A DNA stretch of 64,000 bases, taken from positions 38,564,001 through 38,628,000 of the forward strand of contig NC_082712.1 of the NCBI RefSeq assembly GCF_030144855.1, in the 5' to 3' direction. Position numbers and translations under genes: made by a program. Source of the stretch: Hypanus sabinus. Its lineage: Eukaryota. The notes beneath the pieces are model-generated. The model was not told the DNA's origin. It saw only the letters and a list, made by a program, of their open reading frames with translations, and did not search any database. Positions 1 to 11,899 of the stretch are shown here, one piece after another. Every line of letters starts with the position of its first letter. The first letter of the stretch is position 1.

Positions 1-94
1 ATGGGAGGGCTATCCTTGAAAAGTATAGGTGAAATATCTCCCATATCTCCCACATCTTCATTGCATAGCTGTAAACTATCCATGTTTTCTTTTG
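1..94 (-). CDS. POLK: POLK coding exon 6 (partial, runs off window edge)
   Basis: Acceptor tttatacag at 96-95; phase-1 join to the previous exon gives (A)KENMDSLQLCNEDVGDMGDISPILFKDSPP, resembling vertebrate Pol kappa ISPLLFEESP. A second in-frame AG at 90-89 is possible. Confidence 0.8.
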
Positions 95-349
95 CTGTAT
101 AAATAATTCAATTAAATTGTTAGTGTCAAAACATACAGAAATTGGATTATTTATTAAAATTGCACAGTTCCACTTCTATTAGAAATCTGCTTAGCAAAAA
201 TATTTCTTAGAATTTCTATAATTATTTGGTCTGATCTTTTTCTTTCATTCTATATTAAAACACTAGCATTGTTTTTAACATACAATGCAGTATAGACTCT
301 AAATTGATTCCTGGAAGTTGGGGTGCTCCTTTGAGTAGACATTAAATAC

Positions 350-660
350 TGGCTACAAATTGCTGGAGTTTAAAAGAATGAGCAATGATGTTATTGAGAA
401 ATACCATATTTTGACTGACTGACAACATGATAAACTATTTCCTCAGACAAGAAAGTCTAGGAAAGGGCGGGGGAGTTGCATAATCTCAGAATAAGGGTTC
501 CGATCTTCAGGACCTCAGGTGAGGAGAAAATTATTTATAAATATTCGATTGTACATATTTGGAATTCACTGCCCTGAGTGAGCTGTGAATGCCATCCTTA
601 TATGTATCTGCAGATGTAAATCAACCAATTTTTGGTTCTGAGGATTCTGAGGATAAGAGG
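350..660 (+). mobile_element. Decayed CR1-like LINE 3' fragment
   Basis: Degenerate CR1 3' motifs (ctggagtttaaaagaatgag, ctcagaataaggg, tggaattcactgccc). Confidence 0.55.
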
Positions 661-667
661 TGAAACA

Positions 668-862
668 AGAGACTGTAGATGCATGAATCTCGGTCAAATC
701 TCAAACTGTTAGAGGAATACATTGTAAGTAAGGCAGTGTCTGTGGAGGGAAACAGATGTTTCATGTCCAGATAAAACAGTTCCAACCCAAAACATCCAGT
801 GTCTATTTCCTTCTAAAGATACTGCCTGACCCACTGATTTCCTCCAGCAGTGAGCTCTTTTT
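668..862. repeat. Short fold-back element built from two inverted Penelope-like 3' termini
   Basis: Left arm gagactgtagatgc...gaggaa...aggcagtgtctgtgga versus right arm gatactgcctgacccactgatttcctccagcag; same terminus as the Penelope-like copies elsewhere in the window. Confidence 0.5.
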
Positions 863-2159
863 ATGCAGTGAAATGTGGAAAGCTGATCAGCCATCATAAA
901 AAGCAGAAAGGGTATATGGGGTGTAATATTTTATGAAATAAAGAAGATTGAGGAAATGGAAATAATGCAATAATTCATTTTTTTAAAATACAAGATAGCT
1001 TCTAAATGACACCAAAAGAATGAACTCCAAAATATATGAATAATTTTAGTGACATTACTATTTTTCTTTAAACAATACTCATTATTGAACTTCAGTTAAG
1101 AAACTGCATTTTCAAGAGAAAAATGGGAAATAGTCATTTTCTTTCAGTTATTAGACATTACAATGCTAAAATTAAATGCTTCTAATGGCACCTGGATGGA
1201 AAAATACAAATTAATATTTCTGTTGTATAACCTTGATCAGTATTTGAGTATTTTGCCTCTGTGGAACTACTGTGTATTTCAAACATTTTCTCATTTTTAC
1301 ATAACCATAGTTTGGTTAGGATTGTATAGGATTTATTGTAGTTATATAACAATGTTTTACATGTATTTGGACATCCAACACAATTAATTAGTTAGCATAA
1401 ATATCATAACAACATCCTGTTTTGTCAGTAAGTACAAGGGGCTCACAGTGGCATCCCTCAGTGAAGGCACTGGGCACTTGACAGTTCCATAATCTGAGAA
1501 AGCTACAATAAAGTTGCCCGCATTACCTAAGCCATAACAACGATGGCCAATACTAGATCGAAAGGTGCCTAATGTTTTCTGTTATGTCCACCAACTGAGT
1601 CCTGAGTTGGCAATGGCAGCTGAAATAATGCTGGAGGTAAATCAAAACCATATAGACTTCAAAGATCCCCAAATAAATCTCTTTTCATGTCAATTTCTCA
1701 AGGCCAACCAGGTCCAATGTAAGTAAAAAGGAATCATGCCTCATCTCACATCTAGACACACTGCAATCTGCAAGTCTCTATTAAATCTCAAGTAACTTAT
1801 TCTGTTACTATCAGAATTGGCTGATTCTACAGTAAGAATATCTTTTTATAAAATGAACTCAGTATTTCTCTCTCCATAGACAGTCTAATCTGATGCCTAT
1901 TTCCAATAGACTTCATTTGGTATCTGTACCCTGCAACAGCTCCAATCTACATTTACAAATTGTTAAATGTCTCTATTTGTTTTCTCTCTTTCTAAATGTC
2001 TCGCTTAATTTATTAAGCAAAGAGCCAAATAAAGAGCATATCAAAATATCAATCTAGCCTCACCCTATTGGAGATGTCCCCTCATTCTATCCACCTTTCC
2101 CTTCCCCTCTCTGCAACTTGAAACTAACACTTTTTCTCACCTTCCTCTTTTGAAGTTTT

Positions 2160-3065
2160 AACATAGGAACATAAGAACATAAGAAATAGGAGCAGGGGAA
2201 TGCCATCTGTCCTTTTGAGCCTGCTCAGCAATTCAGTAAGATCGTGGCTGGCCTGACCATGGTCTCATCTCCACCTACCTGTCTTTTCCCCATAACCCTT
2301 AATTCCCCAACTATACAAAAATCTATCCAGCCTTGTCTTAAAAATATTTACTGAGGTAGCCTTCACTGCTTCATTGGGCAGAGAATTTCACATATTCACC
2401 ACTCTCTGGAAAAAGCAGCTCCTCCTCATCTCCATCCTAAATCTATTCCCCTAAATCTTGAGGCCATGTCTCCTAGTTCTAGACTCACCTACCAGTGGAA
2501 ACAACTTTCCTGTTCCTATCTTGTCAATCCCTTTCATAATTTTATGTCTCTATAGATCTCCTCTCATTCTTCTGAATTCCAGCGAGAACAGTCCCAGATG
2601 ACTCAATCTCTCCTCATGGTCTAACCCCGTCATCTCTGCAATCAACCTGGTGAATCTCCTCTGCACTGCCTCCAAAGCCAAAATATCCTTCCTCAAGTAA
2701 GGAGACCAGAACTGCACATGGTACTCCAGGTGCAGCCTCACAAGTACCCTGTACAGTTGCATCATAACCTCCCTGTTCTTAAACTCAATCTCTCTAGCAA
2801 TGAAGGCCAACATTCCATTTGCCTTCTTCATAGCCTGCTGTACCTGGAAACCAACATTTTGTGATTCATGCATAAGCACTCCCAAGGTACTCTGCACAGT
2901 AGCATACTGCAATTTTTTACTATTTAAATAATAATCTTCTCTTTCATTTTTCCTTCCAAAGTGGATGACCTTGCATTTACCAACATTGTACTCCATCTGT
3001 CAGATTCCTACCCACTCACTTAACCTATCTATATTTCTCTGCAGACTCTCCATATCCTCTGCACA
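2160..3065 (-). mobile_element. CR1/L3 LINE 3' portion (RT C-terminus and tail)
   Basis: ORF 2550-2996 MEYNVGKCKVIHFG...LEYHVQFWSPYLRKDILALEAVQRRFTR...RRMRGDL is typical CR1 ORF2; (aacataag)n tail at 2160-2183. Confidence 0.9.
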
Positions 3066-3699
3066 ACTCTGTTTCCACAGTTGCTGACTAATCTGTTAAA
3101 TGTTTCCAGCATTTTCTGTTTTATTTTGGATTTCATGCATCTGCTGTGGTTGTTTTTATTTCCAACCCAGAAGACAAACCAGGTGAAAAGAGACATTAAA
3201 TTTGGATTCCAATTGAGCACAGCAAGAATAAATAAATTTTGGAATTAAAGTGCATCAGTAATGTATACAACAAAACTATTGGATCTGCATTTAAAACCTG
3301 GTGTCCTACACAGCCTAGATGGGTCCACAACAATGTGGTTGACTCATTGGTGACCCAAGAAGTCACTCAATTCAAGGGCAATTATGGATGGGCAATAAAT
3401 TCTGAATTTGTCAGTAATCCACATATCTATGACTTAAAATATTAGGATTAAAATGAGATAAATCTATTTTATAAAAGGATGCAATTATATTTCAAAGAAA
3501 ATCCTGATTCTTTTTCATGAGGCTCACCTATGTCAAATGTCTGTTTCCTTCCAGCTCTGGTAAACACAATGTACAAACTGGGCAGAGGTACATCACCCTG
3601 ATCATTTGCTTGATGAAATTTATCCATATCAAATGTTGTACTGCGTGAGATCTGAATGACTTTTATATGAGGAAGCAAAATTATTAATTTTTGAATTAC

Positions 3700-3838
3700 C
3701 TTCTCCATGGCAGTAATATGTCCTTTTGTGTTCTGGCCAATTCTGTCTTTGTTCTAAATGCTCTGTTATATCCAGGTAGGCTTCATCAAGACTTACTGGT
3801 AGGAAATTGGGGTCATAGTCTACAATTATCTCTCGTAC
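3700..3838 (-). CDS. POLK: POLK coding exon 5 (palm, catalytic SLDEAY)
   Basis: aaag|GTACGAGAG...GGAGAAG|gtaatt, 139 bp; VREIIVDYDPNFLPVSLDEAYLDITEHLEQRQNWPEHKRTYYCHGE; Y-family DE catalytic pair present. Confidence 0.95.
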
Positions 3839-5624
3839 CTTTGCCAGAGAAGATATAAAAATATTACAAATTTTATAAAGGCACTGATGATCACATAACA
3901 ATACATCACATTCTTCCATCAAAAAAGGAACAGAGGGTTTGTACTCTGCAATCTATCTGGCCATCAACCATCAGGTAATAACTAAAGAGAAGAAAAGAAA
4001 TATTTTCACTACAAAAGACTTTCTGTGGCACACATAACCTTCTAAAGAATGCTATGACCTACTTGAGAGGATAGTATCAATTTAAAAACTATAGTTTACC
4101 ATAAAATCTCCTGTTACTTCAGGGAAAAAAGGGTTTCACAAAACAGGCAGGTAAATACAGAAGTGAGGAACCACGCTGCAATATATAGTGGAAGTCATAT
4201 TACATAACAATGTAAGATATTACGACTGAAGCCCATAACAAACAGATTATTACAATATATTGTATGTAGCACAGAGAGATCTTACCAGCAGTACAAGATC
4301 TGATACCTAGTCCAGAAAAAAATCTACATCATTTCTATTACATATTGTGCTGTTGTCTTTTCTGTTGTGTATTAAAACACTCTTTAATATGTGCTTTTAG
4401 TATTAAACATGCTTAGTCTTAACAAAAATGCCTGCTCATTGTCACTATTACATTGTAGTTGATAGAAATGTTCCCTACACTAGACAAATTTATAATGTAC
4501 ATGAATGTAGAGAAAATAATTTCAAGTCCATTTCACATTATAGTAAAATCTGTTGATAAATGCTTTAAATAAAGGAAGATGCTTTAAATAACTTCATTGT
4601 AATCGGTGTTATGCAAAGTCTGAAAGCTTTGACTTTTGGATAAGATTATATGGGAAACTAAATTTTGAATAGTTGGCAATTTGCCATTCAAATGTTTCAG
4701 CAAGTTTGGGTGAATTACTTATCTGAAAATATTTCAAATGAAAACCTTCCTATGAAAAATTAAGAATACTAATTACAATAGGTTTAAATAACTAAAGTAA
4801 ACATGATATTAAGTATACCCTAAAAATCCCAAAATTTTGAACAAATAATTTCTGATGAAACAATTTATATTTCTAAAAGCAAATAGTATTTCATAATTTC
4901 TCTAATTTTAACTTTTTGACTACTTCATAAGAATGAAATAAAAAGTGATGCAGTAGTGAAAATGGATGCAGCGAGAGGTGCTCACATTTAAGGAAATACT
5001 AAAGGAGAGAAGTAGAAAGCCTACGAGAACTCTAGACCAGAGGAGTGAGGAATCTGTAGGTACAAGGCTTAGGGAGACACAAAATTAACTGGACTCAGTA
5101 AGGATATTCCAGGAGAAAAATTTTTGAATCTGGTACTGAAGCCCTGAAATATGTATTTATCTTCTTATCTTAAAAAGTTAATTTCTTCCTCATCTATTTC
5201 TCCCTTTTTACCATCCATAAGTTTGAAGTAATCAAAAACTCCTGTTTTAACTCACACCAGTTTACATTTAGCGAGTGACACTTGCTGAATTGCTGACTTT
5301 ATCACAAATCCATATAAATTTTCCAGTATTCATCCCTGCCTATCCCTACAATATCTTCAGGCTTTACAACCTCAGAAGTATCAGCACTTCTTCCATCGAA
5401 GAAGATTTCTGATTTTACCTAGAAAATAGGAACTTAAAACAGTACAGCACAGGAACAGGTCCTTCTGTCTATGAAGTCAGTGCCAAGTGTGATACTAAAT
5501 TAAACTAACCCCTTCTGCCTACACAGATCAATATCCCTCCATTCCCTTCAATAATGCTTCTGGAACACAACTACTTTATTTTAATCAATCTACTATTGAC
5601 AGTCATTGTCTTTGAGAGTTCAAG

Positions 5625-5925
5625 GGTGGCACTACGGTGTAACTAGTGGGCCTGCTGCATCAAAGCTCCAGCTACTTGGGTTCAATCATGTTCTCTGGTA
5701 TAGTGTCTGTGGAATTTGTACTTTCTAATAACCACACATTTTTCACTCACATCCCAAATACGTGTAAGCAGATATGTTAATTGATTGCTACCAATCGCTC
5801 CTAGTTTGTAGGTGACTAATAGAAACATGGGAGAAATTAGGTTAGTAATAGCTTAGTTGAATAATTGATAGTTGGTATGGACTCTGTGGGCTGAAAGGCT
5901 TTTGTCCTGCTTCATGACTGTAACA
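5625..5925 (+). mobile_element. tRNA-derived SINE (V-SINE/HE1-like), decayed
   Basis: 5' A/B-box-like head (gggttcaatc), tgtctgtggaatttgta core, cacatcccaaa motif, CR1-like 3' end (gggctgaaaggc). Confidence 0.65.
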
Positions 5926-6304
5926 TTATTGTGAGATTATTGTCCCTTATAGCAGGGGTCACCAACCTTTTTTGCACCGCAGACCGGTTTAATATTGACA
6001 ATATTCTTGCAGACCGGCTGACTGGGGGGGGGAGGGGGCTAATCATGGTTGGAATATAGGTGATAAGTCAACTATAATTCACTTATAAGTGGCTAATACA
6101 CTCAATTTTGTTTCTAAAAAGGTTTATCTAACAAATTTAATATTAAACACACAGCGCATATTTTCCTCGCATGAATATAGTGATAAGTCTATTATAAGTC
6201 AATAGCATCATAACATTTTAAGTAACGTTTGGATATTAAACACACAGCGTATATATTCCTCATATGAACATGTAAAATTATTGCAACACACCAATATCAC
6301 TAAA

Positions 6305-8788
6305 TCAGTAGGAGCCCTGGACTTGTTTCCCTGCAACAATATGGTCCCATCGAAGGCTGATGGGAGACAGCGATACTCAAAGGGAGTCCCTTATCCAGTC
6401 TATTCCACAATTTAGTCTTTGTTGCATTCATTGCAAAAAAACCCCGCTTTGCAGAAGTATGATGTTGAAAATAGAATCGACATTTTCAGTGCTTTCACGG
6501 CTATCTCAGGATATTCAGCCTTGACTTTCATCCAGAATGCCAGCAGAAATGTTAATGTCAAACATACTTTTCAGCTCACCGTCATCTGTAAGCTCGAGGA
6601 GTTGATCTTCTTCCCGCGCTGACATGGATGATTCACCAGGAACATTCACAAATGGGTCACGGATCCATTACTTTGCACGTCTTGGGTTATTTGTGGTTGG
6701 GAAGTAAATCTCAAATTCTGTCGACAGCGAAGATAGGTGATCGCGCACCAGGATGGTGCAGCCTCAGTCTCTCCCAAAATCCCAGCTAATGTTGGGAACA
6801 TGTCAAATATGTCCCGGCCAACTCGCCGTCCCCACAGATGCAGTTTGGCTTTGAAAGCAGACACCTTATCTGCAACTTGAAGACAGTTGTCATTCTCCCC
6901 TGAAGTGACAAATTGAATTCATTGAGCAGGTAGAAGATGTGACACAGATAAGCAAGTTTTGTTATCCACTCCTTGTCACTGAAATGTGCTGCCAGTGGTG
7001 ACTTTTTTCCTGAAAGAAATCTCTGTAGCGGCTCTCTTAACTCAAAAACCCTGGCCAGGGCTCTCCCCCTTAATAGCCAGACTTCAGTGTGTAAGAGAAG
7101 GCATTTGTGCTCTGCATCCATTTCCTCGTAAAGCTGCTCAAACAGACGTGAGTTAAGGGCTTTTGCTTTGAGGTGATTGATAACTTCAACAACGTCATTC
7201 AATACGCTGTTAAGATCAGGTAACATTTTTCGGCTAGCCAGCGTTTCCCTGTGTATGACACAGCGTGTAGACTGGCATTCAGGAGCAACCTCTTTGACTC
7301 GGGTAGTGAAACCAGAACAGCCTTCCAGTCATAGCTGCAGCCCTGTCTGTCCATATTCCAACACAGAATGATATGTCAGTTTGCCTGACATGTAGTCATT
7401 CAAAGACTTGAATTGTTCTGCCCCAGTTGTGTTGGTTGGCAGCGGCTTTGCACACAACATATCCTCGTGCACATCGTCTTGAAATATATATGTACAATGT
7501 CCTGTGTATGTTACTCAAAATTGGTTTTTTTGGTTTGTTAAGAGTAGGAGTGCTTCTTTGTCTGATAAGTGTTTCTCTCGCAGTTGTTTTGCGTTATACT
7601 TGTTGATTATGGTAATTGTATTCATTCGTTAACCAATGGGGAATGTTATTTTGTCTTGTGAGGCCGGGAACTTGGGGGAGAGTTTGCGGGCTTTTGGTAG
7701 AGAGCCGGGAGGAAGACGCCGAGGAAGGTGGACGTGCGCTGCACTGCTCAGAAGGCCACCGGGCGTGGTCCTAGGTGCGAAGACGTGGAGGTCGGAGGCA
7801 AGCGACGAGGGGTCGGATGGTTGATGGTTGAGCTCCAACGATGTGCACTAAACTGACTGAACTTTGATAAGTTGACGCCTTTTTGTTTTTTTTCCCTTGC
7901 ATATATATTGTATTGCCTAATACTCTGTTAATTTTAGTAAACTCTTTAAAGTGTATTTCATAACGGTATTTGTTGTGGGTTTGATACTGTGGGCGGGCGT
8001 GAGGCATAAACTCGATTCTCACAGCACCTGCGTGTACGGGAGGTGGGGTTAGTGTGTGGCTGGATCTCCTTTTCCCCTAGACATATACCAGCCTGTTGGG
8101 CAAGTGTTACATATATCGCACATAAACCCGCAATATTGCCTTGTTGTCGACATTGGTAGACTCGTCCACCTGGATGGCCTACCATGGTGACTTGTTAAGC
8201 CGTTCCAACAGCTGTGCTTCGATGTCCTCTGCTACGTCATCGATTCTCCTTGAAACTGTGGTAGCTGAAAGAGAAACCTGTTCCATCTTGTTAGCTGCAG
8301 CTTCTCCCAACAGGTCACAGCACATGTCCTTGGCAGCAGGCAGAATCAATTCTTCACCAACAGTGAAAGGCTTCTTAGCCTTAGCAATACGGCTAGCCAC
8401 TAAGTACGATGCTCTCAGAGCAGCAGCATTTGTGGAGATGGTGGCTCTCAGCACTTGCTTCTGTCCCGCTTGCTCACGTTTTTTCCGCTCAAAAATCTCA
8501 ATGGGTGCTTGGACTCAAGGTGCCGAAGCAGTTTCGAGGGCTTCATTGCCTCATTAGACAGGTTGTCTCCACATATCACATTAAGAGGGCTTGGAGCGTG
8601 CGAGTCACTGATCGCATTAAAGCCATATTTTATGTACAACTGGTCGTATTTTCTGTTAAAGGAAAGTTTTCCTTTTTTTTGCAGTCTTGGCCTCAGCTGT
8701 CTCTGCATAATCGTCATCGTTCTGCCTTTTATGTCCCCCTACCATCTCTTACAAAGAAACTCTCAAGCAACATTTGTTTTTTACTCAT
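6305..8788 (-). pseudogene. Disrupted hAT/Buster transposase (ZBED5/SCAND3-like)
   Basis: Fragments in order: RKYDQLYIKYGF, MKPSKLLRHLESKH, ASYLVASRIAKAKKPFTVGEELILPAA, W*AIQVDEST, CVIHRE, LLHTEVWL, LAYLCHIFYLLNEFNLSLQG, FWMKVKAEYPEIA...STSYFCKAGF; several frameshifts and stops; interrupted by LTR 7491-8111. Confidence 0.92.
7491..8111. mobile_element. Solo LTR (621 bp) inserted in the hAT transposase
   Basis: Starts TGTACA, ends TGTTACA; flanked by TATA (7487-7490) and TATA (8112-8115); removing it plus one TATA restores in-frame VYVRYIFQDDVHEDMLC. Confidence 0.88.
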
Positions 8789-9020
8789 CAAGTAGTTGTA
8801 GATAATTGACCGACTGATGACCTCGCATGGGTAATGACCTCGCGTGCGTTCAAGTTCAACAATGGCGTGATAGGGAACGAGGAAAGGTGCAGCTGACTCA
8901 TATCATTTCATATCGCCAAATCATATCGTTTCCTTGCAGCCCGGTGGTTGGGGACCACCGCATAGAAATGAAAAAAACAAGGCTATGGAAAAATGTAGCG
9001 GAAGGGAGCTGGATGGAATA

Positions 9021-9564
9021 CAGGCAGTCCCTGTTTTTTGAACGTTCGCTTTACAACAGCTCGCTGTTACGAAAGACCTACATTAGTCCAAATAACATAT
9101 AACAATAACCTGTTTTCGCTAACCAGAGGAGTTTCGCTTTTACGAAAAAAAGACACCCGCTTTTTATGTGTGTTTACCCCGAGAAACACTACCATGACCG
9201 TGAAGCCTTGTACGGGCAGTTGTGTACGCATGCGTGTACGTGTACTTGCATGTACGTGCCAATTTTTTTTCTCCAAATCGATTTTGGCTTGCTGTTTTCC
9301 TGATTTTGATAAGTGAAACTACACTGTACCTACAATATTTCTACTTTATACAGGCTGTGTATTTATCAGATCATTTCTGTTTTTACTAGATGTTAGTGTT
9401 ATTTTAGGTTTTATGTGTTATTTGGTAGGTTATTCTTTGCGTCTGGGAATGCTCAAAAATTTTTCCCATATAAATTAATGGTAATTGCTTCTTTGCTTTA
9501 TGACATTTCGGCTTACAAACAGTTTCATAGGAACGCTCTACCTTCGGATAGTGGGGAAAACCTG
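9021..9564. mobile_element. Non-autonomous Tc1/mariner-superfamily (Tigger/pogo-like) element
   Basis: TA|CAGGCAGTCCC...GGGGAAAACCTG|TA: imperfect TIRs with TA target duplication; no transposase ORF. Confidence 0.75.
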
Positions 9565-10491
9565 TATTCTTAAATAGATCTGGTTTGGAATCAATGGAAA
9601 TTTGATGGGAAACCTTGCTAAAACCCATGTAGACGATATCAAATATCCTACCTTCATTAGTCTTCCTCTAAGGAAATAGACAAACTTATTTTTTCTTCTT
9701 GCTCTACAGGACTAAATCCTTCTTCTTCTTCTTAAGCAGTCCTGTAGGGGTTGACAATAATTTTTCTGTGGAATTGGCTGATGAGGCTTATATCTCTGAA
9801 TATACTCTACTGCCTTTGATACACATGATTTTTTAAAAATGAGCTTGATTACTTGAGTTTTGAATATTTTACCTCGATAGGTGATAGCCTATACTGGTGC
9901 ACTTAGGTGATGTTGAATTTCATCATACATATCAGTGTTTTATTTTAATATTTGAAAAGTGGTCTGGGTATTCCAGGGTTTCTTTGTGAACCTTTATTGC
10001 TGGGGGAGCAGTATTGTGCAGGCAGATCGATGACCTTTGTTTGCAAATATTTAGTCCAAGGACCTGACATATGCTTCAGTAAACAAATCAGTGATACCTT
10101 CGAGCTCAGCTTCTAAATGTGCACCACTCAAGTGTCCTGTACTTTCTGCAGATTGATGACCAAAGTGGGAGGTTCTATAGTAGAAGTGGTGAGATTAAAC
10201 AGTTCCCTATTTACTCCTAATAAATGGTTGAAAATGTGCCTAGAGCTTTGCAACAATTATTTGGATTTAGTACACAAAAAATAAAGCAAGATAGAAAAAT
10301 ATTACAAAGATACTTTACTGGGAATTTTTCATATTTTAGAACTACAATGAAAATATAAGTAAAATATCTTAAATTATGGGAAAATAATACAAGGAAAGCA
10401 ATGGTAAATTTATAGTAAAGATATAGCAGGCAAATCTAGCAGAAACAGCAATAAACAAAACCATAGAATATTACCAGAAAATTAGACACAC

Positions 10492-10623
10492 CTCTTTGCT
10501 TACTGCTCGATACTTATCAAAGTGTGCTGGAACAATAATTAAATTTGGACACAACTTCTTAGCAATAAACCCAGGCATAGCTGCACGTACTCCATATTTC
10601 CGAGCATGATAATTTGATGTTGA
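10492..10623 (-). CDS. POLK: POLK coding exon 4 (fingers)
   Basis: ttttag|TCAACATCA...AAAGAG|gtgtgt, 132 bp; STSNYHARKYGVRAAMPGFIAKKLCPNLIIVPAHFDKYRAVSKE (DinB-family YxAR..GV..AMP motif). Confidence 0.97.
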
Positions 10624-11109
10624 CTAAAAGAATAAAAATTACTGGATTAGATAAACAACTCTCATAACTACAACAGCTATCTACCAAAATTAATAACTAT
10701 CATAAAACTCTATAAAGCTAAAAGTGTATAGATTTTTAAAATAAACATTATCATTAAATTATTAAACACTTAGAATAGTTGGATACAACACTTTAAAGCA
10801 TATTTAGAAAGCAATTGAACAGTGTGATGAATAATCATATCCAAATGACTAGAAATATATCTTTGGGTAAATTTAAAATGCAAATCTGCTGTGATACTGC
10901 TATTTAAGTAGAATAAGTGTGCAGTGTGCAAAGGCCTACAAACTGGAACAACTCCATAACTACAAGTCTATGGAGGTCTGCATTCTCACATATGCTTCTT
11001 GTGAGCAGTACCACTGTCAGGCATAGGAGTTCACAGTAAATTCACAGGTTCAATTCTCTGCTGTTGTCTGTATGAGTTTCTTCTGTGAAAATAGGGAAGC
11101 TGTCCGCAT

Positions 11110-11410
11110 AGGCGCTATGGTAGCAAGTGGTTAGTGCAACACTATTACAGCTTGGAGGGTTGGAGTTTGGAGTTCAGTTCCAGTTACACTTGCAAGGAAC
11201 TTATACGTTCTCCCCGTGACTGCATAGGTTTCTTCCAGATGTTCTGATTTCCTACTAGAGTCCAAAGATGCCATTGGTACGTTAAATGGTCATTATAAAT
11301 TGTCCTGTGATTAGTGTAGGATTAAATAGGTGGGCTGCTGGGTGGTGTGGCATGTTGGGTCTGAAGGACCTGTTCCATGATTTATCTCTAAATAAATAAG
11401 TAAATAAATC
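11110..11410 (+). mobile_element. tRNA-derived SINE (V-SINE-like)
   Basis: tggtagcaagtggttagtgcaac head, gagttcagttc B-box, ttctccccgtgactgcataggtttc core, (taaa)n tail. Confidence 0.75.
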
Positions 11411-11899
11411 TCAGTATTATAACCATGATTATGTTCTACAAAGTTGTGAAGTGAGAGACTGGGGAGGATATTATACTAATACAAGTCTGTTCCCTCTCGC
11501 TCAGTCCCGTGTTATAGTTGTCAGCACATGGTAATTTCAAATGCCTCCTTGCCACCTGCATGACCACAGGCACTCTGTACTGCCAAGTATATAGAGCCTC
11601 CAGTTTTCCAGCTTAAATATTGTACCTTGGAGTTTTGGCGCCTGCTGAATGCACTACAATGCATCTACAAAGCTACTCGGTTAGCACATTTTTTTCAGAA
11701 AATGAATATATGACACAGAGGAAAAGAAGCAGACAGGTCATCAGAGAAATGTCAAACAAATACAGTGGGAGTGAATGCATCTCTGTGGAATGCAACCAGA
11801 ACCGAGGAAACAATACGTCAGTGCCTCAGCTACACAAGAGGGAGGAGCAAGAATCCAAGTGCAAAAGTATTGAATTTGATAGGGAGGGGAATAGGTGGG

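Larger units (their letters stand above)
5953..8960 (-). mobile_element. hAT DNA transposon, Buster/Charlie group, near full length
   Basis: Imperfect 15-bp TIRs CAGGGGTCACCAACC (5953-5967) and GGTTGGGGACCACCG (8946-8960); left flank ccttatag has the nnnTAnnn form, right flank catag looks like a partly deleted copy; internal transposase pseudogene. Confidence 0.9.

Noticed and set aside
3469-3708. 79-aa ORF adjoining the POLK SLDEAY exon as a possible exon extension
   Set aside because: Different frame, no Pol kappa similarity; a good donor at 3699 splices in frame to the exon at 94-1.
6305-8788. Domesticated ZBED/SCAND3-like host gene
   Set aside because: Multiple frameshifts and stops, an LTR insertion, loss of the catalytic E and retained TIRs indicate a dead transposon.
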